From positions 32,430-96,429 of the forward strand of contig JAGOQQ010000004.1 of assembly GCA_017991395.1 (NCBI GenBank): a stretch of DNA of 64,000 bases, written 5' to 3'. A model generated the notes under the pieces. The model saw only the letters and a list, made by a program, of their open reading frames with translations. It did no database searches and was not told the origin of the DNA. This stretch comes from Minisyncoccota bacterium (lineage in GTDB: Bacteria > Patescibacteriota > Minisyncoccia > Phycocordibacterales > UBA9973). The translations under genes were made by a program, and so were the position numbers. This document shows positions 39,122 through 47,574 of this stretch, one piece after another. Numbering within the stretch: position 1 is the first letter of the stretch; each line of letters starts with the position of its first letter.

Positions 39122-39688
39122 ATGACTTTATCCGCACAAATCGAAGCACTGCTTTTTTATAAAGGTGAATCACTTACTTGCCAAGAAATGGCAAAGATTT
39201 TGAAAGTTACTGAAAGTGATATTGAAGAAGGATTGCGATTGCTCACACAGTCGCTTGAGGACCGTGGTTTGACATTACTCCAGATTCACAATCAATACAC
39301 ACTCGGCACACGAAAAGAAGCGTCACAAATTCTCGAAGAACTTCGCAAAGAAGAGCTCAATAAAGAACTTTCAAAAGCGTCTCTCGAAACACTCGCAGTG
39401 ATACTGTACAAAGGTTTTGCCACTCGTGGTGACATCGACTATATTCGCGGAGTAAACACAAGCTTCATTTTGAGAAATTTGCTTATGCGTGGACTGATTG
39501 AAAAAGCTGTAGATAAAGATGATTCAAGAAAGCTCGTCTACGCACCCACAATCAAGACTCTACAGTATATGGGTATCACAAGTCTCGACGAACTCACCGA
39601 CCGTGACAAAGTGATTCGTGCACTCGAAGGAGTAATCGAAGATACAAAAGATGATTTACAGGAAATAGGTGAGTCAGCCGAACAATAA
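39122..39688 (+). CDS. scpB: Segregation and condensation protein B
   Basis: IEALLFYKGESLTCQEMAKIL, with two winged-helix repeats. Confidence 0.85.
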   Translation: MTLSAQIEALLFYKGESLTCQEMAKILKVTESDIEEGLRLLTQSLEDRGLTLLQIHNQYTLGTRKEASQILEELRKEELNKELSKASLETLAVILYKGFATRGDIDYIRGVNTSFILRNLLMRGLIEKAVDKDDSRKLVYAPTIKTLQYMGITSLDELTDRDKVIRALEGVIEDTKDDLQEIGESAEQ

Positions 39689-40658
39689 TCAAATGGATAA
39701 AGAATGGAAAGTTGAACTAAAATTTTTGTTTGCATTTTTTGCCGTGCTTGTGCTCGGTGTGATGTACTTTTATGGATTTGGGCAAATTCGTATTCAACAA
39801 CAACTCATCGCGTCAAAAATCGCCCAAGTACCACAAGTGTTTGAAGGGTACACTCCAAATGCCCGCTCAGTCTTTGTCTACGCACCCAAAAGCGACTATA
39901 TTCTTTATGCGCATCACGAACTCACACCGCTTCCACTTGCGTCTCTTGCAAAGATTATGACGGCGACTGTGGCGCTTGATGTTATGGATACTGGAGGACG
40001 TGTGCTCGTTGACGAAGAAGCACTCAAAACATACGGCGAAAACGGTCTCATGATCAATGAATCATGGGTACTTAGGGATCTCATTAAGTTTATGATGTTT
40101 ATTTCATCAAATGACGGAGCAGAAGCTATTGCTCGACATCATGATTCGTATTTGATATCAAATGATCCACTCAACAGCACAACATTTGTTTCAAAAATGA
40201 ATTCAACCGCACAAACACTCGGACTTTCTTCACTTTCATTTCAAAATTCGTCTGGACTTGATGAAGGGAACACAGCGACAGCATTTGGTACTGCAAAAGA
40301 TATTGCTCAGTTGTTCTACAAATTGCATTTTGAACACAGTGATATTGTAGAAAATAGCGCCATTTTCAAACAAACATTTACAAGCATAGACGGCATACCT
40401 CATGCAGTCACAAACACAAATGTCTTGCTTGAGTACGATTACGATAGAATTATAGGCTCAAAAACAGGATACACAACCACTGCCGGTGGAAATCTAATAG
40501 TTCTCCTTGATACACCACTCGAAGAACCCGTGGTACTTGTGGTACTCGGAAGCACCATCGACGGCAGGTTTGGCGAAATGCAAACAATCCTGGCTGAAGC
40601 TCGAGAGCTGACCGACGCCCTGTATTCACTTGGTCTTTCATTCACAAATCTAAAATAA
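39669..40658 (+). CDS. D-alanyl-D-alanine carboxypeptidase (PBP5/6-like, S11)
   Basis: SxxK motif in LASLAKIMTATVAL, SSNDGAEA (SxN), and KTGYT (KTG). Confidence 0.8.
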   Translation: MSQPNNNQMDKEWKVELKFLFAFFAVLVLGVMYFYGFGQIRIQQQLIASKIAQVPQVFEGYTPNARSVFVYAPKSDYILYAHHELTPLPLASLAKIMTATVALDVMDTGGRVLVDEEALKTYGENGLMINESWVLRDLIKFMMFISSNDGAEAIARHHDSYLISNDPLNSTTFVSKMNSTAQTLGLSSLSFQNSSGLDEGNTATAFGTAKDIAQLFYKLHFEHSDIVENSAIFKQTFTSIDGIPHAVTNTNVLLEYDYDRIIGSKTGYTTTAGGNLIVLLDTPLEEPVVLVVLGSTIDGRFGEMQTILAEARELTDALYSLGLSFTNLK

Positions 40659-40685
40659 AGGTAATATAGTATAATAAAAAGCACT

Positions 40686-41738
40686 ATGAGTATAATCAAA
40701 GTAATCTTTCCCACAATATTGAGTTTCGTCATTGGTATGGCAATCACGCCATTTTTTGCACACTATTTTTACAAATATAAACTTTGGAAATCTGTCAGTC
40801 GCAAAGAAAACAATCCACACGAAATGTCACAAGCATTTCAACAAATTCACAACGGTCATGATGAAGTCAAAACTCCACGTGTGGGAGGAATAATTATTTG
40901 GGCATCTGTCGGACTGACATCTCTTTTACTTTTTATACTTTCTCGAGTATTTCCAAATGACATTAGCACAAAGCTCGAATTCGTAAGTCGAAATCAAACA
41001 TGGTTGCCATTTCTTGGACTTTTCATTGGAGCACTCATTGGACTCTTCGAAGACTTCTTGGAAATATACGCAAACTCAAAAAAGTTTATTCACGGACTTT
41101 CAAGTCGGTATCTCATTTCTATCGTGGTCTTGATTGCCGCACTTTGTGGCTGGTGGTTTTATTCAAAGCTTGGCATGACTTCAATTGCGATTCCGTTTAG
41201 TTATTTTCGACTCGAGCTCGGATACGCATTTATTCCATTTTTTGTTCTTGTGATGCTTGGAACATTTTCAAGTCGAGTTATCGACGGCATAGATGGACTC
41301 GCAGCAGGTGTAATGGCAAGTATTTTTGGCGCATTCACCGTGATCGCCTATTCGCAAAATCAAATCGACATCTCGGCACTTTGTGGAGTCATTACTGGAA
41401 GTATCCTTGTCTTTCTATGGTTCAATATTCCACCAGCGCGATTTTATATGGGAGAAACAGGAATGCTCGCGCTCACAGTGACGCTCGCGATTGTGGCATT
41501 CCTCACCGACTCAGTGCTCTTGCTCCCAATCATTGGATTTCCGCTTGTAGCTACTTCTATTTCGTCTGCACTTCAAATTTTTTGGAAGAAAAACTTTGGC
41601 AAAAAAGTATTCAAGATCGCACCACTCCATCATCATTTTGAAGCATCAGGATGGTCTAGGCCCAAAATTACTATGCGGTATTGGGTTGTGTCTGTAATAT
41701 GTGCGATTCTCGGAATTCTCATTTCACTATTTAGTTAA
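40686..41738 (+). CDS. mraY: Phospho-N-acetylmuramoyl-pentapeptide transferase
   Basis: DGIDGLAAG and NIPPARFYMGETG, with the multi-transmembrane topology. Lies between the dac and ftsW genes. Confidence 0.8.
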   Translation: MSIIKVIFPTILSFVIGMAITPFFAHYFYKYKLWKSVSRKENNPHEMSQAFQQIHNGHDEVKTPRVGGIIIWASVGLTSLLLFILSRVFPNDISTKLEFVSRNQTWLPFLGLFIGALIGLFEDFLEIYANSKKFIHGLSSRYLISIVVLIAALCGWWFYSKLGMTSIAIPFSYFRLELGYAFIPFFVLVMLGTFSSRVIDGIDGLAAGVMASIFGAFTVIAYSQNQIDISALCGVITGSILVFLWFNIPPARFYMGETGMLALTVTLAIVAFLTDSVLLLPIIGFPLVATSISSALQIFWKKNFGKKVFKIAPLHHHFEASGWSRPKITMRYWVVSVICAILGILISLFS

Positions 41739-41746
41739 TATCTTTT

Positions 41747-42868
41747 ATGCTCAGAAAACTCTTTCAAAAAAGCGATAAAGTCTTTTTGGGAATTACTCTC
41801 TCGCTTGTCGTGATTGGAGTTGTTGTTTTTGTATCTGCGTCACTCGGTATTCTGGCACGAAGTGAACAAAAATTTTACGGCGTAGTATTCAATCAAATTT
41901 TGTTTGGAGTCATTTTCGGAATGAGTGCTCTTGTGATAATGATGAATTTTGATTACCAAAATTTAAGAAAGTACGCATTTCATATTCTTGTTGGCACACT
42001 CATACTCACCGCACTTGTATTTGTACCAGGACTTTCATATGAACACGGAGGAGCGAGACGATGGATTTCGATTGGTTCTATCCAATTTCAACCTGCAGAA
42101 TTTTTGAAAATTGGATTCGTGATTTATTTTGCAGCATGGCTCACATGGATGAAAAATAAGGTGCATGATTTCAAAAAAACACTTTTACCATTTAGTATTT
42201 TGCTATTGGTTATCGCAGGAATACTTCTCAGACAGCCAGATACCAAAAGCTTGATTTTGATTGTAGTGGCAGGAGTTGCGATGTGTATTGTCGCGGGAGT
42301 TCCGTGGAAATATGTACTTGGTTTTACAGCCGTGGCAGCGGTTGCATTTGTGGGTTTTGCATTTGTAAAAGGAGATTATCTAAAAGATCGAATCAGTACT
42401 TTTATACGCCCATCAGATGACACACTCGGAAAAAGTTGGCAGATCACTCAGTCACTAAATGCGATTGGGTCCGGAGAAATGTTTGGTAGAGGACTCGGTC
42501 AGAGCGTTCAAAAATTTGGAAATCTCCCCGAACCACAAGGTGACTCTATTTTTGCAGTACTCGGAGAAGAGTTTGGATTTATTGGTACAACCATCGTGGT
42601 CATCTTGTATTTATTTTTTGCACTTCGTGGACTTCGCATTGCATCTCATGCACCGGATCAATTTGGAAAACTTCTCGCCACAGGACTGATTGTGTTGATT
42701 CTCGGTCAATCATATCTCAACATCGCATCACTTGTAGGACTTTTCCCACTCACGGGAGTACCACTTGTGTTTATGAGTCATGGAGGTACATCGATGATGA
42801 TTGCACTTGCCGCGACGGGAATTGTGCTCAATATTTCAAAAGCGAAGCGTGCACAGAGCCAAAAATAA
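41747..42868 (+). CDS. ftsW: SEDS-family peptidoglycan glycosyltransferase FtsW/RodA
   Basis: Ten transmembrane helices and conserved PEPQGDSIFAVLGEEFGFIG. Confidence 0.85.
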   Translation: MLRKLFQKSDKVFLGITLSLVVIGVVVFVSASLGILARSEQKFYGVVFNQILFGVIFGMSALVIMMNFDYQNLRKYAFHILVGTLILTALVFVPGLSYEHGGARRWISIGSIQFQPAEFLKIGFVIYFAAWLTWMKNKVHDFKKTLLPFSILLLVIAGILLRQPDTKSLILIVVAGVAMCIVAGVPWKYVLGFTAVAAVAFVGFAFVKGDYLKDRISTFIRPSDDTLGKSWQITQSLNAIGSGEMFGRGLGQSVQKFGNLPEPQGDSIFAVLGEEFGFIGTTIVVILYLFFALRGLRIASHAPDQFGKLLATGLIVLILGQSYLNIASLVGLFPLTGVPLVFMSHGGTSMMIALAATGIVLNISKAKRAQSQK

Positions 42869-42918
42869 CTGTATAGTGAAGGTACTTATTAGTCACATCT
42901 AGCAATTTATCAAATCAT

Positions 42919-44064
42919 ATGAAAATCGTATTCACTGGTGGAGGGACCGCAGGACATTTTTATCCAAACATTGCGATCGCTGAAAATTTCTACAATCTAG
43001 TTGAAGCTGAGAACATTGTTTCAGTTGAACTTTTTTATTTTTCTGATACTGAGTACGACAAGTCAGCACTATATGAAAACAAAATGAAATTTGTGAAAAT
43101 TCCTGCAGGAAAGCTTCGAGTAGGTGGAGGCGGGATTCAAAACTTTTTTGATATGTTTGTCACTGCATACGGAATACTCATTGCTATCATGAAGCTCTAT
43201 TCAGTGTATCCCGATGTGGTAATGGCAAAAGGTGGATACGCGAGTTTTCCTACGCTTTTTGCAGCACGCTTGCTCAAAATTCCAGTGGTCATTCACGAAT
43301 CAGATTCTACACCAGGACGCGTGAGTCAATGGGCAGGGAAGTTTGCACAACGAGTCGCAGTCTCATACGAAGACGCAGCAAAATTTTTTAATCCTGCAAA
43401 AGTTGCACTCACAGGACAACCTATTCGCGAAGAATTGAAGAGTCCTGCAAGTGAAGGCGTGTTCGATTTCTACAAACTCGACCCAACAGTTCCCGTAGTT
43501 CTTGTGCTTGGAGGTTCACAAGGTGCAGAAATCATCAACAACGCTCTTTTGGACGCACTTCCAACTCTTTTGCCAAAGTATCAAATCATTCATCAAACAG
43601 GCATGAACAATCTTGAGTCAGTCAAAGGACAAGCCGATATTACAATGGCAGACAGCAAAGATCTTCTTAGAGATCGATACCGAGCAATCGGATTTCTCAA
43701 CGTGCTTGGAATGCGGATGGCGGGCGGATCATCATCTGTGGTCATCACTCGTGCGGGTTCAACACTTTTTGAAATCGCATCATGGAATACTCCATGCATC
43801 GTGATTCCAATCACCACATCACAAGGTGATCATCAACGCAAAAATGCATACTCATATGCTCGTAGTGGTGGATGTGTCGTGATTGAAGAAGCCAATTTGA
43901 GTCCGGCGATTCTCGCACAAGAAGTAGAAAAAATTCTTGATGAAGAACCACGACGACTCAAAATGATTGAAGGTGCGAAAAGTTTTATTGGTGCAAACAA
44001 CGCAGGCCTTGTCATTGCACAAGAATTGCTCTCGATTGCACTGTCGCATGAGACGAAGGAATAA
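42919..44064 (+). CDS. murG: UDP-GlcNAc:MurNAc-pentapeptide-undecaprenol GlcNAc transferase
   Basis: MKIVFTGGGTAGHFYPNIAIAE is the MurG G-loop, and the C-terminal GT-B domain is present. Confidence 0.9.
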   Translation: MKIVFTGGGTAGHFYPNIAIAENFYNLVEAENIVSVELFYFSDTEYDKSALYENKMKFVKIPAGKLRVGGGGIQNFFDMFVTAYGILIAIMKLYSVYPDVVMAKGGYASFPTLFAARLLKIPVVIHESDSTPGRVSQWAGKFAQRVAVSYEDAAKFFNPAKVALTGQPIREELKSPASEGVFDFYKLDPTVPVVLVLGGSQGAEIINNALLDALPTLLPKYQIIHQTGMNNLESVKGQADITMADSKDLLRDRYRAIGFLNVLGMRMAGGSSSVVITRAGSTLFEIASWNTPCIVIPITTSQGDHQRKNAYSYARSGGCVVIEEANLSPAILAQEVEKILDEEPRRLKMIEGAKSFIGANNAGLVIAQELLSIALSHETKE

Positions 44065-44065
44065 G

Positions 44066-44195
44066 GGACGTTGTTCATAGAACATGGAGCGTAGAGCGTA
44101 AACATAAAACACTAGAACGTTGAGCACAAGAACCCTGGATTCAAGCCTCCCCTAGAGGGGAGGTGCCCGCAGGACGGAGGGGTAAAAAGTAATAA
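44066..44195 (-). repeat. GC-rich repeat element, copy F (reverse orientation), with shared extension
   Basis: Reverse complement reads ttttacccctccgtcctgcgggcacctcccctctaggggaggcttgaatccagggttcttgtgctcaacgttctagtg... Confidence 0.7.
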
Positions 44196-44204
44196 TGAGC
44201 GGCG

Positions 44205-44400
44205 GCCAAGGCCGCCGCTCATTTGCATCTCATCCCCTCCTTGTTGAGGAGGGGTGCCTGGAAGGCGGGGTGGTGTATTTCCCACCTCTCCTAGACAGGA
44301 GAGGAAGACACGAAGTGACTGGTGAGGTGGATTGAATACTCTATACAAATACACCGCCCCGTCGCTTCGCGCCACCCCTCCTTGAAAAGTAGGGGAAAAA
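44205..44400. ncRNA. Cluster of GC-rich nested hairpins (candidate structured RNA or repeat hotspot)
   Basis: GAGCGGCGGCCaaGGCCGCCGCTC; CCCCTCCttgttgaGGAGGGG; nested GGTGTATTT/CCCACCTC/CTCTCC...GGAGAG/GAGGTGG/AAATACACC; CCCCTCCttgaaaagtaGGGG. Confidence 0.35.
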
Positions 44401-44537
44401 ATACAACTAAATACTGAACCCATCTTCTTTCAGCTTTCAACTTTTAACTTTCAGCTCTCCCCATGTTCGCGTAAGTCAGCGTCTAGTCTGCGTTCAGTTA
44501 GCGTTTAATCTTTTTTGCGTTATAATTGAAAACACAG

Positions 44538-45857
44538 ATGAACAAACGCGTTTTTATCTACACCTTCAAGCTTCTTTCAATCATTGCACTTATTTCTATG
44601 AGTGCATTCTCTGTCATAGACAAAACTCCACGCACTCTCTTTGCCCAATCAGCAGACGAACTTCGCGACAAGATTGATCAACAAAACAAAGAAATCGAGC
44701 GTCTCGAAGCAGAGATCAAACTCTATTCGGCTCAGCTCGTTGAGACAGGCAAGCAGGCAAACTCTCTTCAAAACGAAGTCAAAGCACTCGACCTTTCTCG
44801 AAAAAAACTTCTGACCGACATCAAGGTCACCGAAAACAAAATAAACGGAAAGAATTTGCTTATCAAAAAACTCGAACTCGAAATTGGAAAGAAAAGTAAT
44901 TCTATCGATACCAACACGACCGCAATCCACGAAGGTATTCGCCGTGTCAACGAACGCGATCAAACAACTCTCATTGAAGCATTACTCAACAATGGCGACT
45001 TTTCTGATATATGGCGTGAAGTAGACGAAACACTTATGGTTCAAGAAAAAGTTCGCGGGCATATTGTCGTACTTCATGAGGTCAAAGGCGAACTCGAAGG
45101 AGACAAAGATGAAGAAACAAAAGCAAAACGCGAACTCGAAGGATTGAAAAGTGAACTTGGTGCACAGAAAAAAATTGTCGATCAGAACACTGCCGAAAAA
45201 AATCGCTTGTTGAAAGAAACAAAAAACCAAGAATCAGCATACAAAGCACTCGTTGCTCAAAAGCAAGCACTCAAAGCACAATTTCAAAAAGAAATCGACG
45301 AATTTGAATCAAAGCTTCAATACATTCTCGATCCAAGCAAGCTTCCAGATGGTGTAGTGTTTTCATGGCCACTCGACAATGTCTTTGTCACACAACGATT
45401 CGGTATCACATCTTCTTCAGGCCGTCTATACGCTTCTGGTTCGCACTCTGGTATCGACTTTAGAGCATCAGTCGGAACTCCGGTCCGCGCAATGGCAGAC
45501 GGTGTTGTGGAGGGAATTGGAGACACAGATCTATCGTGTCGTGGAGCATCATTTGGAAAATGGGTATTTATCCGATACAACAATGGACTTGCGAGTACAT
45601 ACGGACATCTTTCACTCGCAACAGCCCAAGAAGGTCAAAAGGTTCGTCGTGGCGACATTGTGGCGTATTCTGGAAACACTGGATACTCTACTGGTCCACA
45701 TCTTCACGTGTCAGTGTACGCAAGTGAAGCGGTGAAGGTGGATTCAAAGCCATCAATAAGCTGTAAGGGAAAAATTTTCCGTCAGCCTCTCGCAGCCCGC
45801 ACTGCATACCTCGACGCACTCCAATATCTTCCACGAAACTTCGCTTCGAAAGAATAA
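44538..45857 (+). CDS. M23 (LytM) metallopeptidase with N-terminal coiled coil (EnvC-like)
   Basis: HSGIDFRASVGTPVRAMADGVV, YGHLS, and GNTGYSTGPHLHVSVY (HxH). Long heptad-rich N-terminus, and the track start at 44526 is a TTG. Confidence 0.85.
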   Translation: MNKRVFIYTFKLLSIIALISMSAFSVIDKTPRTLFAQSADELRDKIDQQNKEIERLEAEIKLYSAQLVETGKQANSLQNEVKALDLSRKKLLTDIKVTENKINGKNLLIKKLELEIGKKSNSIDTNTTAIHEGIRRVNERDQTTLIEALLNNGDFSDIWREVDETLMVQEKVRGHIVVLHEVKGELEGDKDEETKAKRELEGLKSELGAQKKIVDQNTAEKNRLLKETKNQESAYKALVAQKQALKAQFQKEIDEFESKLQYILDPSKLPDGVVFSWPLDNVFVTQRFGITSSSGRLYASGSHSGIDFRASVGTPVRAMADGVVEGIGDTDLSCRGASFGKWVFIRYNNGLASTYGHLSLATAQEGQKVRRGDIVAYSGNTGYSTGPHLHVSVYASEAVKVDSKPSISCKGKIFRQPLAARTAYLDALQYLPRNFASKE

Positions 45858-45890
45858 TATTTTTATACACAATATTAATATAAAAAATAT

Positions 45891-46475
45891 ATGAAAAAAG
45901 ATTTTTCAATAAGAAATTTTTGGAGTTTGAACACTGATGAGACAGTGACAATTGGACTTCTTCAAAGAAATACTAATAGGGATATTGAAGTTTTCATGCC
46001 AATGAATTCACAGATGAAGGACATTGATTTGATTATTGCTAATACGAGAAATCAAAAAATGTTAACATTACAAGTTAAAGCAAGTAAAGCATATATACCT
46101 TCACCAGCTCAAAATAAACGTTTTGGTAATGGCTCAGGAACTTTTGTCTCAATCAAAGCAAATTCGCTAGAAAAATCTAATGCTGATTATTTTGTTTTTA
46201 CTTTGTATGGAATGTCTTCATCTGACAAAAACTTCAAAGGTAAAATAAGTGTCCAACCATATATTTTGATCATTTCTACTCGCGAATTGATAAAAAAAAT
46301 TAATTCATATAAAAGAAAATCGAATTCAGGTTCATACATATTTCATTTCTGGATAAACGCGGATAAAAACGAGATTTTCGACTGGCGAGATCTTAAAGAC
46401 AAGAATTCATATGGATATTACAGTGAATTCCTTGATGATTTGGGATTAAAGAATTTGATAAGACATTTATCTTAA
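45891..46475 (+). CDS. Hypothetical protein, possible PD-(D/E)xK nuclease fold
   Basis: DIDLIIANTRNQKMLTLQVK resembles a D...(E/Q)xK core. Weak, inference only. Confidence 0.3.
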   Translation: MKKDFSIRNFWSLNTDETVTIGLLQRNTNRDIEVFMPMNSQMKDIDLIIANTRNQKMLTLQVKASKAYIPSPAQNKRFGNGSGTFVSIKANSLEKSNADYFVFTLYGMSSSDKNFKGKISVQPYILIISTRELIKKINSYKRKSNSGSYIFHFWINADKNEIFDWRDLKDKNSYGYYSEFLDDLGLKNLIRHLS

Positions 46476-46539
46476 CTTCTCTTATATTTGACCACGCAAC
46501 TATCCGTATTTTACGGATAGTTCAATTTGTTCTTAATAT

Positions 46540-46860
46540 ATGACACAATACTACACAGTCATGTCATACTACGCTGGAATCGGTGCCAAACACAACAAAT
46601 ATCCGCAAATACCGGAACTCATTTTGGATTTTCATGGATACACCACGCTCGAATGCAAAGACGAACTCGACGCGCTCATCTCTGAAGGGAAGTTTGGGCA
46701 TATTCGCATAATTGTAGGGAAAGGAAAGAATAGCCAAGAAGGTCCAATCCTGCCGAATTTTGTACGAAATTACCTCACAGACCATCGTATCCGCTTCAAC
46801 CAATCAAAGCTCCAAGACGGCGGCGAAGGGGCATTGGAGGTGTATCTGGAGATTAGTTAA
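46540..46860 (+). CDS. Smr-domain protein
   Basis: LDFHGYTTLEC...GHIRIIVGKGKNSQEGPILPNFVRNYL is the Smr pattern. Confidence 0.7.
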   Translation: MTQYYTVMSYYAGIGAKHNKYPQIPELILDFHGYTTLECKDELDALISEGKFGHIRIIVGKGKNSQEGPILPNFVRNYLTDHRIRFNQSKLQDGGEGALEVYLEIS

Positions 46861-46910
46861 GTATCATAATTATGATTGATTTTTAGACCACTAGATGGGA
46901 TGATAGTAAT

Positions 46911-47561
46911 GTGAGACTTAAAGATACCAATATTAAAGACAGACCACGAGAAAAACTCGAAAAATATGGTACCAGCAAGCTTACTGATGCTGAACTTTTA
47001 GCGATTTTACTACGAACAGGTACCAAAGATTTAAATGTATTAAAATTATCTCAAAAAATTTTACAGAAATTTGGAAATGAAAAGTTTATAGATATAAGCA
47101 TAGATGAATTAAAAACTATTCATGGATTAGGTACAGCTAAGGCTTGTGAGATTATTGCTTGTTTTGAGCTTGGGAAACGCATGTTGAAAGGTAAAAAAAC
47201 ATCAATTATACTTACTCCTAAAGATGTTTGGGAGCGAATGGAAGATATTAGAGGAAGTAAAAAGGAACATTTTGTTGTTTTTTACTTAGATAGTAGGAAT
47301 CAAGAAATAAATAGAGAAATTATATCGGTTGGAACTCTAAATGAGAGCTTAGTTCATCCACGAGAAGTTTTTGAAGGTGCAATAAAGCATAATGCTGCAG
47401 GAATAATATTGGCACACAATCACCCATCTGGTGACACAGAGCCATCGGAAGCAGATATTGAAATTACAAAAAAATTAATCCATGCTGGAAAAATTTTAGA
47501 TATTAAAATTATTAGTCATATTGTTGTAACAAATAATTCTTTTTTACAACTAGAATTTTAA
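46911..47561 (+). CDS. radC: RadC-like JAB/MPN-domain protein
   Basis: HhH N-terminus LTDAELLAILLRTGTKD. JAMM motif HNHPSGDTEPSEAD. GTG start. Confidence 0.85.
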   Translation: MRLKDTNIKDRPREKLEKYGTSKLTDAELLAILLRTGTKDLNVLKLSQKILQKFGNEKFIDISIDELKTIHGLGTAKACEIIACFELGKRMLKGKKTSIILTPKDVWERMEDIRGSKKEHFVVFYLDSRNQEINREIISVGTLNESLVHPREVFEGAIKHNAAGIILAHNHPSGDTEPSEADIEITKKLIHAGKILDIKIISHIVVTNNSFLQLEF

Positions 47562-47574
47562 CAAAAATTATATT

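Noticed and set aside
44112-44423. 103-aa minus-strand ORF across the GC-rich hairpin cluster
   Set aside because: Gly/Pro/Arg-rich low-complexity translation of stacked palindromes, with no start context. It is an artefact of high-GC repeats in an AT-rich genome.
45857-45893. Possible third copy of the 45-bp promoter repeat at the left edge of the defence island
   Set aside because: Only a roughly 13-bp AT-rich match (aatatttttata) was found, which is indistinguishable from background in AT-rich DNA.
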